The position numbers and the translations under genes are program-made. Under the pieces are notes generated by a model, which saw only the letters and a list, made by a program, of their open reading frames with translations, made no database searches and was not told where the DNA came from. A stretch of 64,000 nt of DNA from the human T2T-CHM13v2.0 reference genome, Homo sapiens, in assembly GCF_009914755.1 (NCBI RefSeq), contig NC_060934.1; one strand, 5' to 3'. Each line of letters begins with the position of its first letter. Positions within the stretch are counted from its first letter, which is position 1. This document shows, piece after piece, positions 30,331-43,099 of the stretch.

Positions 30331-30410
30331 TTCTTTGAGAGTGTCCAAAGATGGATGTTTCATCATTGTTCCATCAGTCATAGCAATAATCATGCTGGAA
30401 ACCTTGTCAT
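30331..30410 (-). pseudogene. ANTXRLP1: pseudo-exon 6 ([26 protein letters not shown])
   Basis: 80 nt (3 nt longer than ANTXRL exon 6), AG/GT intact. Confidence 0.92.
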
Positions 30411-30475
30411 CTGCAGGAGAAGCAAGGAGTGGCCTGCTTAGCAAAGGCCCCAGAAGTGACCTCCAAAAGCTCCTG

Positions 30476-30802
30476 TATTGGGAGAAAAGCTGAGGCAGGG
30501 CTTGCATGTCTGCTAGACTTGCTGGCTCCTTGCTTCTAGCACTTCCGTTATCTCAAGCAGCTGTATGTTTCTCATTCACTTGATACACTGTTTCCTTTCA
30601 ACCCCCACATCCTCACCACCTGTTTTTTGTTTGAGCACGAATAAACAGCATGGGCTCCCAGAGCTCAGGGCCTTTGCAGCCTCCACACTTGTGATGGCCC
30701 ACTGGTCCCACTTTCTCTCTCAAACTGTCTTTTTCTCATTCCTTTGACTCCACCAGACTTCATCACTCCCACGATATGGTGTTGGGTCTGATTAGCCCAA
30801 CA
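30476..30802 (+). mobile_element. LTR14A-like (HERV-K HML-1) solo LTR
   Basis: T(A)TTGGGAGAAAAGCTGAGGCAGGGCTTGCATGTCTG...CCCAACA with 6-bp TSD ctcctg/ctccag; empty site ccggag in the other arm at 63221-63226. Confidence 0.85.
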
Positions 30803-31696
30803 CTCCAGGACCCCTGCGGGCTGCCGGGCCCACAGCACTGATCACTCCAGGGCATGTCCAGGTGCCCCCATCTCATCCTCCAGGGGAGAGGCTGCCAAGA
30901 GCCAAGCACCTGCTACACAGAGACCCTTAGAGTGAGGGAGGTCTCAGCCCAGCACCCATTTTACAAAGGAGGAGCTGAGAGGGGCAGGCCCCTTCTCACC
31001 AGGCTGCCTGAACCCTCACCCACTAGCAGCCTGCACCACCTCTGCCTGAGGGCAGCTCCAGCCAGGACTCCACAAGCACAGGCCTGTCCCATGGGTAGGG
31101 GGAGGAGCAGCTGGGCTCTCCTGTGGGCAGAGCCTGCGGGCAGCCCTGCCGGCATCTCTGGGCCCAGGAGTACAGGATTCCAGGTAAGTGGTACCTGGGC
31201 AGGGGACCCCACATCCACCTCAATGCCTTTCCCCACCAACCATGCCTTTTCCTGACAAGAGTTGCAGGCACACAGTGGGGAGGGGGTCGGCAGCTGTGGA
31301 CAGCCTTCTGCATCATCTGAGACACAGTCAGGGGATGCAAGTCACTCAGAGGGGAAACGAGGAAGGGAGGAGGAAGACTAAGGTGTGTGCAAGGGGGCAA
31401 ACTCCTTGGCTCTTCTCTTTTCCTTTTCACACAGCCCAGCTGGAGGGCAAGCACCTCAGGGTTATGAGCACCAGAACTGCACACGCAGGATCCCACACAG
31501 TTCTCAGAACTCCATGGGGCGGGGGCTTACTATGCTCATTGCACCAGGGAGGGACCTGGACCTCAGAACAGGTGAGCAACTTGCTCCAAGAGGCAGGGCA
31601 GGTGTGGCCTTGCAGAGTCTGCACACAGAGCTCTCTGAGGCTCAGGCCCAGCTCTGTTCCACCTATGGGACCACCATGGGGACGGCAGGTGCTTAA

Positions 31697-31730
31697 ACCT
31701 GGAGTTGAAATTTTCCATCTGCCGAATTGC
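31697..31730 (-). pseudogene. ANTXRLP1: pseudo-exon 5 (AIRQMENFNSR), donor GT>TT
   Basis: Aligns to 62252-62285; gtaagc has become ttaagc. Confidence 0.9.
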
Positions 31731-31824
31731 CTGAAAGAAAATGAAGAAATATTGAGCCTGGACAGTGAAATGTTCCCACTGATGCTCTAAGACCTTGCCA
31801 ACTAGAATCGATTCTTGGAGCTCA

Positions 31825-31971
<147 letters not shown>

Positions 31972-32189
31972 TTACCTCTCAAGCTCTCTGGGAGCCACTG
32001 CTCACTGTGCAAGGCCTCGTGGATGGAGGAGGGGGCCAAGCAAGGGCTCTGCCCTGCTCATTCCTTACTGTGACGTTGACCATAGATGACAGGCCTTCTG
32101 ATCTCATCCTAGTTCCAGAGAATGTAGGCCTGGGGAATCTCACCAGGGCCCCACTTAGACCATCTCTGGTGACAGTGGGAGCTTCCCAT

Positions 32190-32430
32190 GGATGAGCAAC
32201 TGTGAGTCAGGAACTGCAATGGGGCCGATATTCCTAACCCTAACCCTAACCCTGAACCGGGGATGGGCAACTGAGAGTCAGTCACTGACAATGGGGTTGA
32301 CATTCCTAACTCTAACTCTAACTCTAACTCTAACTCTAACTCTAACTCTAACTCTAACTCTAACTCTAACTAACTCTAACTCTAACTCAACTCTAACACT
32401 CTAACTCTAACTCTAATCCAAACTCTAACC
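32190..32430. repeat. Composite tandem repeat with telomere-type (TAACCC)n/(TAACTC)n arrays
   Basis: Two ~45-nt units, each followed by hexamer arrays; homologous to 61480-61780. Confidence 0.92.
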
Positions 32431-33936
32431 CAAGAAGGACTCTCTTGTGTTGGGCACTCCGTCCTTTAACAGGGAGGGCTGCATTTGGGAAAAGTCATCC
32501 TGCTAAGCCCCCAGCCCTGCACCCAGACCTCACAGCCCCAGACCCCTGACCCTGACTCAGTTTCTTCCTCTCTCTTTACCCTTTACCCTGGTACAGGAAA
32601 TACCAAATCTGCTTAATTAGACTGCCTGGCCTCCTTGACTTCCTGTGCCCTTGAAACAAAAAGACCAAAAGCTGGAGAGGCAGCCCTGATGGCTGTGCGT
32701 GCAGGGGCTGAACACTGATCTGCAGACTGGCTGGGGGATGTGGCCTGTCAGCTGCTGTTAAAGCAGACAGAATGGGCTGGGGCAGCCAGGACTGGCTCTG
32801 GTGGCAGGACTGGGACAGGCTGGGGACTTAGGGTCAGGCTAATCCAATGTGACAGGCTGAGCCTGCACAGCAAGGCTGAGCAGAGCATGGACCCTGAAGG
32901 CTGGCTTCCCACTGCAGGCAGACAGTCCCTGCTATGGCCGGAGCTCTAAGAGCCCTGCCTGCCCAGCTCAGGAGGGGAGGAGGCCAGACCCATCCATACC
33001 CAGAAGAGGCCATGCCCTGGCCTTCCTCTGGCCATGCCCAAACCCCGCTCCCCTTCTGGGTCACCCGCCACAGTCCTCCCCCATAGACTTGCTTTTTACC
33101 ACCTCACACCCACCCAGTCTCTCTGCCAAACCCACAGCGCAGGACACACAGATCCAAGCCTCCCCCTAGCTCAAGATGTGGCAGCCCACCTTGTATCCCC
33201 TCGAAGCTGCAAATGGGGTCCAGGCCCCCATCTGGTCCTCAGTATCCTCACCTCTCTCTTGCACTTCACCTCCTCTGGGCCCAGTTCTGGGCATGTGCAT
33301 TGGAAGTGCCCTCATCTCCCGCCAAACAGGAACTCTGCAGTGCACCCTGCTAGGTCTGGGCACCTCTCTAGGCCACCTCAAGCCACCTGAGCTTGCTCCT
33401 CCTACCTCCCTCCCACCAGTTTCCCAGCCTGGCCTGGAGCTCAGAACCCCACACAGGGACTCCCCTGTCTGGGCCTGCCAGCATCCCTGCCCTAAAGCCC
33501 CATGACTCTCACCACTGGCTCTGACCCTGTCTCCCTCCTTCACTGGCCAGGGCAGGAGGAACAGGCACAGAGCAGCAGCCAGCACAGGTGTGTGTTCACA
33601 GGACACACACTCCCACCCCGCCAGCCCCTGCACCCCAGGAATCTTCACAGCCACCTCCCAGGGAAGGAGGCAGGGTAGAGGGAGGGCAGAGGAATGTGAA
33701 CGGGGAGGCTGAGAAATTCTGGAGCACAGGGGCCTACAGGTAACCTTGCAGCCATGGGTAGGAGGATGCAGGAGATCCGGGGCTAAGGTCAGGGTGGGTA
33801 CTGTGAGTTGCCCTGACCAGCCTTCCCCGTGTGCTGTCAGGCTCCCAACCAAGGTCTCTGGGAGCCCTTCAGCTCCCTGGAGCTCCCTATGGCTCAGCTC
33901 ATCAGGCCTCCCTTTGGGGCTCAAAGCAGCACTCAC

Positions 33937-34008
33937 TTGTCTGAGGTGAGTGGCAAGACAGTGTCGCCATCTGTGGAGTAGGTGACAAAGGACATCCACA
34001 TATTTGCG
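33937..34008 (-). pseudogene. ANTXRLP1: pseudo-exon 3 (ANMWMSFVTYSTDGDTVLPLTSD)
   Basis: 72 nt, AG/GT intact, aligns to 59957-60028. Confidence 0.92.
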
Positions 34009-34482
34009 CTGAGAAGGAATCAAGTACTGGTGAAAAGCCGGAGGCACTGGCTCAGAAGCCAGGGTGAGTGATGCCAGTTCCCCACCTCCCACCCCAACTC
34101 TGTTATGAATTCCCTGTTGTGATTAACAGGAAGGTTGACATGGTGACTTTGTGACCTGCAGCTCTTCCCAGTGTCCTGCATGTTGACAACACCAGGGGGA
34201 GGCACAGGACCTTCGGAGGGGCCACAAGAGGAAGCCTCCATTTCCCTTACAACAGCCCTCATAGTGTCCCTTAAAACCCCCAGACCCTGCCATTTGTTTA
34301 CTGGAAGAGTTAGCCCAGGTGACCTAGGTGAGGACATTGCTGTGGGTGAGGAGGTCAAGGACTGGGAGGCCAGAGTGTTGGCAGTGACAGGTCATTTGTG
34401 TGACACTGAAGTCCCCCAGGGGGTAGCAGATCTGGAAGGAGACGGAAACTGCAGTGTTGCCAGAGTCTTTGTGAATGAGGGA

Positions 34483-35020
34483 CATTCCGGTTCTCTACTG
34501 CTGTGCACCAGACCACCTTCATTTAGGGACACAGAGCAGGCCCATTTTATTATGTTCACAGGTTCTGAGGATCAGGCACTCGGGGCAGAGTGGGAAGGGC
34601 TCCTCGTGTCTGGGGCCCCAGATGGGAAGGCTTGAGCAGCCCAACATGACATGAAGGATTGGGCACTGGAATTATCTGGAGGCTGCTCCACTCACAAGTG
34701 TGGCTCCTGGGCAGGAGGGCTCAAAAGCTGGGCTCAGCTGGGACTGCGAATGGAGACCCTGCATGTAGCCTCCCTGTGTGACCTGGGCTTCCTCCCAGCA
34801 TGGCAGCTTCAGGATGCTTGGGCTTTTACAGGTGGCCCAGAGGTCCAAGAGTGAGTATTTCCAGTGAGCAAGGCAGAAATTGTAGACTTTTATGATATCA
34901 CCTTGGAAGTCACACAGTGTCACTTCCACTGTACTCTATTGGTCCAAGCAGTCACAGCTGCCAAGAGTCAATGGGAGGGAACACAGGCCCTCTCTCTAGG
35001 GCAGAAGTGTGGATGAGTTC
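34483..35020 (-). mobile_element. MLT1-type MaLR LTR (left-arm copy)
   Basis: Inverted homologue of 52250-52772. Confidence 0.7.
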
Positions 35021-35270
35021 ACATCCCAGTGTCAAAACTACTGTATGACAAATGCTTTGAATGGCAGAGACGTTACAGTGTGTGGAAAAACGTGGGTACT
35101 GATGATGGGATTCAAGTTGGACTCAGAAAAGTTAGACTGTGATAGTTAGAAATACCTTAATTTTATTTTCTTCATTTTTGTATGCAGAAGTGATATATGA
35201 TTAGAAATTCTTCTTCAATAAGTCTAAAATAGATCTTTCAATGTATTTAACACAAAAATTACAAGTGATA

Positions 35271-35555
35271 GCCAGGAAGGGTAACTCATGCCTGTAATCT
35301 CTGCACTTTGGGAAGCTGAGGCCAGCAGATGACTTGAGGTCAGGATTTTGAGAGCTGCCTGGCCAGCATGGTGAAACCCCATCTCTACTAAAAATACAAA
35401 AATTAGCCAGGTGTGGTGGTGCACATCTGTAATCCCAACTACTCGGGAGGCTGAGGCAGAAGAATCACTTGAATCTGTGAGGCGGAGGTTGTAGATTGCA
35501 AGATTGTGCCATTGCATTCCAGCCTGAGTGAGACTCTTCCTCCAAAAAAAAAAAA
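35271..35555 (+). mobile_element. AluS-type element, left arm only
   Basis: 17-bp TSD aaaaattacaagtgata; empty site at 52008-52022. Confidence 0.92.
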
Positions 35556-36149
35556 AAAAATTACAAGTGATAAAAAGCACTGGGTTAGTGGACTTTGGGG
35601 GGTTTCTGTCTTGCTTTGGAGTGGTGTTTAAAACAATGGATTATTTTAAATAAGTGGTATTTTAGAATGGGTAGAGTTGGTGTAATTCCTCTGAAAGCAT
35701 ATTAGGTTTTCCTGCTTCACATCCTTCGTGACCCTTGGTAGTGCCATATTTTATTTTTTTTATTTTTAATTATGTTTTGACATCTAATCAATAGACAAAA
35801 GTATTGTCTTAATTTGCAGTTTCCTAATTACTAAACAGTTGTTCATCTGTTCTCATGATTTTGGGTCGTTCCTGTTCCCTCCTTTGTGAAGTGCCTGCTC
35901 ATGCCTGTGTGTCCATTCTCTGATTTGGGTGTTTATCTTTTGCGTATTGATTCATTCATATTCTTCAAATTCTGAATACTAATCGTTTATCAATTGTTGC
36001 AAATATCTTCTTCCATGGTGTGGCTTGTTTTTTCACTCTATTTGTTGTCTCTTAGTAAAGCAAAAGTTGTTCATTTTAATCCAGTTGTTTGTCATTTTTC
36101 TTTTTCTTTTGTTTTTTTGTTGTTGGTGGTGATGGTGGTGGTAGTGGTG

Positions 36150-36428
36150 GTTTTTGTTTGTTTGTTTGCTTTGTTTTGTTTTGAGACAGAGTCTCTCTCT
36201 GTTGCCCAGGCTGGAGTGCAGTGGTGTGATCTCGGCTCACTGCAACCTCTGCCTCCCGGATTCAAACAATTCTCTGCCTCAGCCTCCCAAGTAGCTGGAA
36301 TTACAGGCAACCCCCACCACGCCCAGCTAATTTTTGTATTTTTAGTAGAGATGAGGTTTCACCATCTTGGCCAGGCTTGTCTTGAACTCCTGACCTCGTG
36401 ATCAACCTGCCTCAGCCTCCCAAAGTGT
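36150..36428 (-). mobile_element. AluS-type element
   Basis: gagacagagtct...cctcccaaagtg preceded by a T-rich tail. Confidence 0.88.
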
Positions 36429-36715
36429 TGTCATTTTCTTAAACTTTAAGATTTGCTCTGTTTTATATCTTAAGAATTTCTTCCATTAGAGGTGAAATAC
36501 ATTTTATTTTACAAGTTTTAAAGATTTGCCTTTCACATTGAAGTCTTGATTCTACCTAGAATTAATTTATAAGTGTGATTTGTGCCAGATATTTGATTTC
36601 ATTTTTTGCCATGAAGCTAACAAATTGTCCCAGCTCCATTTGTGGAAAATTCCATCTTTTGCCTATTGATCTCGTCACTACTTGTGTTTCAAGTTCCATA
36701 TAGATTTGAATCTGT

Positions 36716-37100
<385 letters not shown>

Positions 37101-38616
37101 CCAATCTCTATCTATTGGCTTATATTGATAGCATCCATACCACATTATCTTAATGACTATATGGAGGAAGACTGTATTACTGTCCATCATTGTCCCTTTC
37201 CATTTAAGGGAAGGGCTGCGCTCCCTGCCATGTTTGTGGCAGGTTTTGATTGACCAATGGAATGTTAACAGAAGTAATGTGTGCCACTTCTGGACAGAAA
37301 ATGTTTAAGAGTCTAGGTATGACTTAGGTGGCCCCGACAGCCTGGTGCCTGAGCAACTAGGATGTGTGGCTTTCCCTTGGGAACCTGGAATGGATACGTG
37401 GGAGAATGATATATACACATGAGAAATATAGTTTGTGCTTTTCAGATGATTAAATGGGGAGAGGGAAGGGGGTAACTGGAAGATAACCTAGACTCATCTG
37501 ACACATATACAAAGTTCTACAGCAAGTCTTCACACAATACGGTCAATCATCCACTTTTTTTTCTTCTGGTTATTGTTGGCTATTTGCTCTTTGACATAAA
37601 TTTTAGAATCAGCTCATCGAGTCTCCTCTCTCCCAAAAACTTCTTAATGTTTGATTACAATAACATTAAATGTATGGATTCATTTGGAAGAAACAGGTCT
37701 GCAGTGAGAGTTGTCCTATCAGTGAATATGACACATGGCATATGTCTGTTTATACAGGTCTTTTCCAGTGCCTTTCAGATAAATTCCCCTATGAAGATTT
37801 TGACCTCATTGGTCCAGTGCCTTCCCAAAATACACTACATTTTACTACTATTGTAAATGATAATTTAAAAGTTTTTAAACTGTGTATCATATACAGAAAT
37901 ATACTTACATGTTTATATATTGACCCACCTCACTAAACTCTCTTCTATGAATTTATCTGTAGATTCATTTTGATTTCTTGTAAAATATAATTTTTTTTAA
38001 AAAAAAGAATAAGAATTGTGCTGACTAGTTCTCCAATCCAATGTTGACTAGTGATGGAGGCACTCTTGATTTTACAGAGAATGTTTCTAACATCACAATT
38101 AACAATGATATTCTTTGAAGGCTTTTGGTAGAAATTCTTTATCAGATTAGAAAGTTTCTCTACTAATCTTGGTTTGCTACAAGTCACAAACAAGTGTTTT
38201 ATCTAAATGCTTCTTCTGGTATTTTGTGATGAACATGTATTTCTGTCCAGTAATCTAAATTTAGTATGTTTAGATACATTAATGCATGCAAAACCAATTT
38301 TAAAATGCTATAAATAAACCTAACTTGGCCATGATATTTTAAAACATGCTAGAGTTTAGTCATAATTTAGAACTTGTTGTTTATCTATGATCATGAGAGA
38401 GATGGGTCCATACTTTCCGATTTCTGTGCTGTCCTTATCTGTTTTTGGTATTAGGTCATAGGAGACTCATAAAATGCACCTGGAGGTTTGCTCTTTCTCC
38501 TAGGAAGGACTTTGAACATGATAAATATAATCTGCTCTTTGAATATCTGGTATGATATCATCCTTGCGTTTTCTTTTGAGAAGACTTTAAAATGATATAA
38601 TTTAATAGTTTCTGGA

Positions 38617-39309
<693 letters not shown>

Positions 39310-40629
39310 CTAATACTTACTTAGTGTTTCTGTTTCTGTCAATTCATATGACATATTTTTCTAGGAATTTGAACATTAATTAGCATGCCTTGTTATAAAG
39401 TTGTTCAGAATGTTTTTAATTCTTATATTTCTGCTCTATCTGTAGTTACATCTTTTTAATTCCTATTATTGCTTAGTTGTGCCTTCTCTTTTTCTAGGCA
39501 TTCTAAACAGGGAGGATATTGTCCCTAAAGGAGTGAAAATTACCCTTGTGTGGGTCTTACTCTTTTAAAATATAAAACGCAGATATGTATACAGTACATA
39601 AAGGGCAATCTAGTATATATGTGGAATCAAAATTTCATGGGGGTTAACGAGGAGATACTATTAAGAAAAATAAAGCCTAAAACATTTCCCAGGATGGGGA
39701 GATTATAATGAAAAACAGAAAAGGATAGGAAGCACTGTCTTGTTTTCTGATCAATTTCACTAGCGTATTGTCTATGTTAGCAAACCTTTCAAATAACCTT
39801 TAGATTTGTTATTACTCTCTATTGCATTTTTTGTTTTCTATTTATAGTTATTTATTTAATATCCTCTACCTTTCACTTTCTGTGGGTTCATTTTGCTACT
39901 CTTTTTCTCATATTTTCATTTAGATTATTAGCTCTTTATTTTCAACCCTCTTTGCTGCAAAATAAACCTAATAGGCCGCAAATTTCCCTCTAAGTTTCTC
40001 TTTCACTGAATCTCATAAGTTTTCATATTTAATATTTTATTATCAGTTGATTTTAATTTCAGTGTTGATTTCTACTTTGATACATTCAATTTTCAACTTC
40101 CAATTTTATGTGGTTTTAAAAAATTCTTTTTGTCATTGATTTCCAACCTAATCGCATTATAATCAGGGAACATGGTCTGTATGATACTGTTTCTTTGAAT
40201 TTTATTGAGATTTGTTTCAATACATGATTTGGGGGAGGATTCTTTAGAAGACCATTAAAACCAAGTTTATTAATTGTGTTGTTCAAATCTTCTAAGTTTT
40301 TAGTAACACTGTGTCTACTCAACACATGCGTGTTGAAATTTCTCAAATACATGGTGGGTTTCACAATTTCTCCTTATAGTTTATGTTTTTTGTTTTATTT
40401 TATTAGGTGCATGCAAGTTTAGAATTGTTATGGCTGTCTAGAAAATGCAGCTGATTGGGAACTGATCCTCTTAAACCCTGGTCACGCTTTCTCTGTGCTG
40501 AAGACTCCCGCTTCCTTTTGGTTTCCCCAGCATCCCGGCCACATCTCTGTATCTTTTCCCATCCTTTTATGTTAAACTTTTTTATGTCCTTATGTATTAG
40601 ATGTGTCTCTTTTTGAAAGTATATAGCTG

Positions 40630-41252
40630 GTTTCTGTTGTTGTTGTTGTTGTTTTGAGACATGGTCTCACTCTGTTGCCCAGGCTGGAGTGCAGTGGTGC
40701 GATATTGGCTTACTGCAACCTCTGCCTCCTGGGTTCAAGACATTCTCGTGCCTCAGCCTCCCGAGTACCTGAGACTACAGGTGCGCACCTACACATTCGA
40801 TTAGTTTTTGTATTTTTTTTGGTAGTGACGGGGATTCACCATGTTGGCCAGGCTGGTCTCGAACTCCTGACCTCGAATGATCCGCCTACCTTGGCCTCCC
40901 AAAGTCCTGGGATTATAGGTGTGATCCCACCCTGCCCAGCCAATTTTTGTTTAAGAGTCAGGGCCTCACTCTGTTGCCCAAGCCAGAGTGCAGTGGTGCA
41001 CTCATAGCTCACTATAACCTGGAACTTCTAGGCTCAAGTGATCCTCCTGCCTCCCACAGTCCGGTAAGTAGGACTATAGTGTGCGCCACCACACCCACCT
41101 ATTTTTGTTTTCTGTGGTTTCTTTTTTTGGTTTTGTTTGTTTGTTTGTTTGAGAGAAAGGTTCTTGCTATGTTGCACAGACTGGCCTCAAGCAGTCCTCC
41201 CACATCTGCCTCCCAGAGCTATGGAATTACAGGCATGAGCCACGGTGCTGGA
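40630..41252 (-). mobile_element. Two tandem antisense Alus (AluS-type 40630-40941; AluJ-type 40945-41252)
   Basis: Two consecutive matches to the Alu consensus. Confidence 0.85.
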
Positions 41253-42073
41253 TTGGATTTTTTTTTCTTTTTCTTTTCTTTTTTAGCAGACAAATTTTGA
41301 CTTTAAATGGCAAGTTAAGTACATTGTGGGGAGCACGAAACTGCACCAATCAGATCTCTGACTGTGGGGAGTAGGACTAGGGGAAGGGAGTGTTTTGGGA
41401 ATCCACTCTCTACCACCACAATGGGCCACCACATTCACAGAAAGACCACATCCCTCACAGGCTTCTTTTAGCCAGAGGCCAGCAGGGATATGAAAACAGG
41501 CCCATGCCTAGGAAATCTCAGACTCCTCAGATGGCTCAAGGTCTCCCCAGCTGCTTGGATAAACTTTCCTGGAAGTGGTCTCCCTCTGAAATTATTCTAT
41601 CCTTTTATTTTCAGAAAACTCCCCATATTGGTGATGGTCATTATTTTCCGTACCTAGCCACTCACCTTAATCAGTGTGTTCCCAGCTTCTTTGCTCACCG
41701 TCGTTTCTTGAACTCCACTCTTCCAAATTGTTTCCTTCTTTCTGAAATACATTCTTATCCTTTCATCAAGGTTGTACAGGTTGTAAACTCACACTTTGCA
41801 CATCTGACAATACCTTCATTTTGTGCTCACACTTGATTTATATTCCAGATAGATACAGAATTCTATTTTTGAGGCACCCAAGGACATATCACTGGTGGCT
41901 GTGGCAACTTTATCATTGGTTTCACCACCACTCTTTCCTGGGTAATCTGTGTTTTGAGTTTGGTGACTTTCAAATTGTTTTCTTTGTCTCTGATGTTCTG
42001 CATTTCCGATTTGATGTCTCTCTCTATTCCTCAATGTTCTCTCTTCCATAAAAGAAAAGTTTTGCTTCAGGAC

Positions 42074-42589
42074 TGTGAGAGGCAGTCAAACCAGAGCGAC
42101 TCCATTTTGAGTGAGGGCTAGGAAAATGAGGCGGGGACTTGCTGGGCTGCGTTCTCAGAAAGCTAGGCATTCCTCGCCTCTAGATGTTCACAGTTAAGGG
42201 AACAAATTAATAATGTTTACTAAACAGACCCAGACTTGGGAGTATCCAGATATCAAGATATCTGGAGAACAACGGCATTCCTAATTTTGCTTTAAAGATA
42301 ATATTGATGCTTGCAAAATAGAGTAATTAAGAAAATGAATCCTTTATCACAAACCCTTTTGCAGAGCACATCTCCCCATCTACACAAGCGTTGTACCTAG
42401 GATGGGGGCTTTACTCCTCTTACTTTCGGGAACGTCCCACTCTGTCTATGGAGTAGCTGCACTTTGACCACTTGACTTTCTTAATAAACTTGCTTTTGCT
42501 TTGCACTGCAGACTCGCCCTGAATTCTTTCTTGCGTAAGATTCAAGAACCCTCTCTTGGTGTTTAGATGGGGACCCCTTTCCTGTAACA
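42074..42589 (+). mobile_element. MER41-family (ERV1) solo LTR
   Basis: TGTGAGAGGC...AACCAGAGCGACTCCATTTTGA...CCTGTAACA, poly-A signal AATAAA, 4-bp TSD GGAC. Confidence 0.87.
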
Positions 42590-43099
42590 GGACCATCTCT
42601 AAGGTTTGATATATGTTCTGAACCCAACTTCCCCCTCATCAGACTTATGTTTGTCCTTGAGGATCTCATCTTTGCAACAGACCCTCCAAAGCCTTGGAGA
42701 GAAACTCAGCGCTTCCTCACGGTATCTCCGCGCACCCACTCACCCCTACCACGTCAGAACACCCACTGAGTGACGGAATTAATCAATGAGGGAGCAGGGA
42801 CTCAGGGTGGTTTTCCTTTCAGTACTTCAAGAATTCTCCCTTCTCCAAAGGAAGCTACTTTGCACCCTAGGCTCAAGCAAGGTGACCCATGCACACTTGC
42901 CTGCAACAGCACCAAGAACTGCAATTACCTGAGACTCTATCCCATCTACCCTCACTCCACCACTGCAGGGGAAAGCCCAGGTCCTCCGAGTCCCAGCGCA
43001 GTCTCCACCCACCCCACAGTCATTCCGTCCAGACCACGGCCCTTCTGCCCTGGCCCCCTGCCACCCTCCAGGGGCAGTTAAGTCCCTGGACACCTCTAT

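Noticed and set aside
30185-31730. Possible frame rescue: a cryptic donor shortens pseudo-exon 5 by 2 nt and a cryptic acceptor shortens pseudo-exon 7 by 1 nt (net -3)
   Set aside because: Exon 6 would then read AGA TGA, an immediate stop.
32190-32430. Repeat-spacer pattern resembling a CRISPR array or a chromosome-fusion telomere junction
   Set aside because: Eukaryotic intron, spacers are hexamer repeats, arrays are short and there is no head-to-head TTAGGG/CCCTAA junction.
34171-34635. Paired ORFs conserved in both arms (34171-34635 and 52633-53085; also 33166-34092 and 59780-60175)
   Set aside because: The similarity follows from the DNA duplication. They start at non-ATG codons or overlap MLT1/intron sequence and show no recognisable domain.
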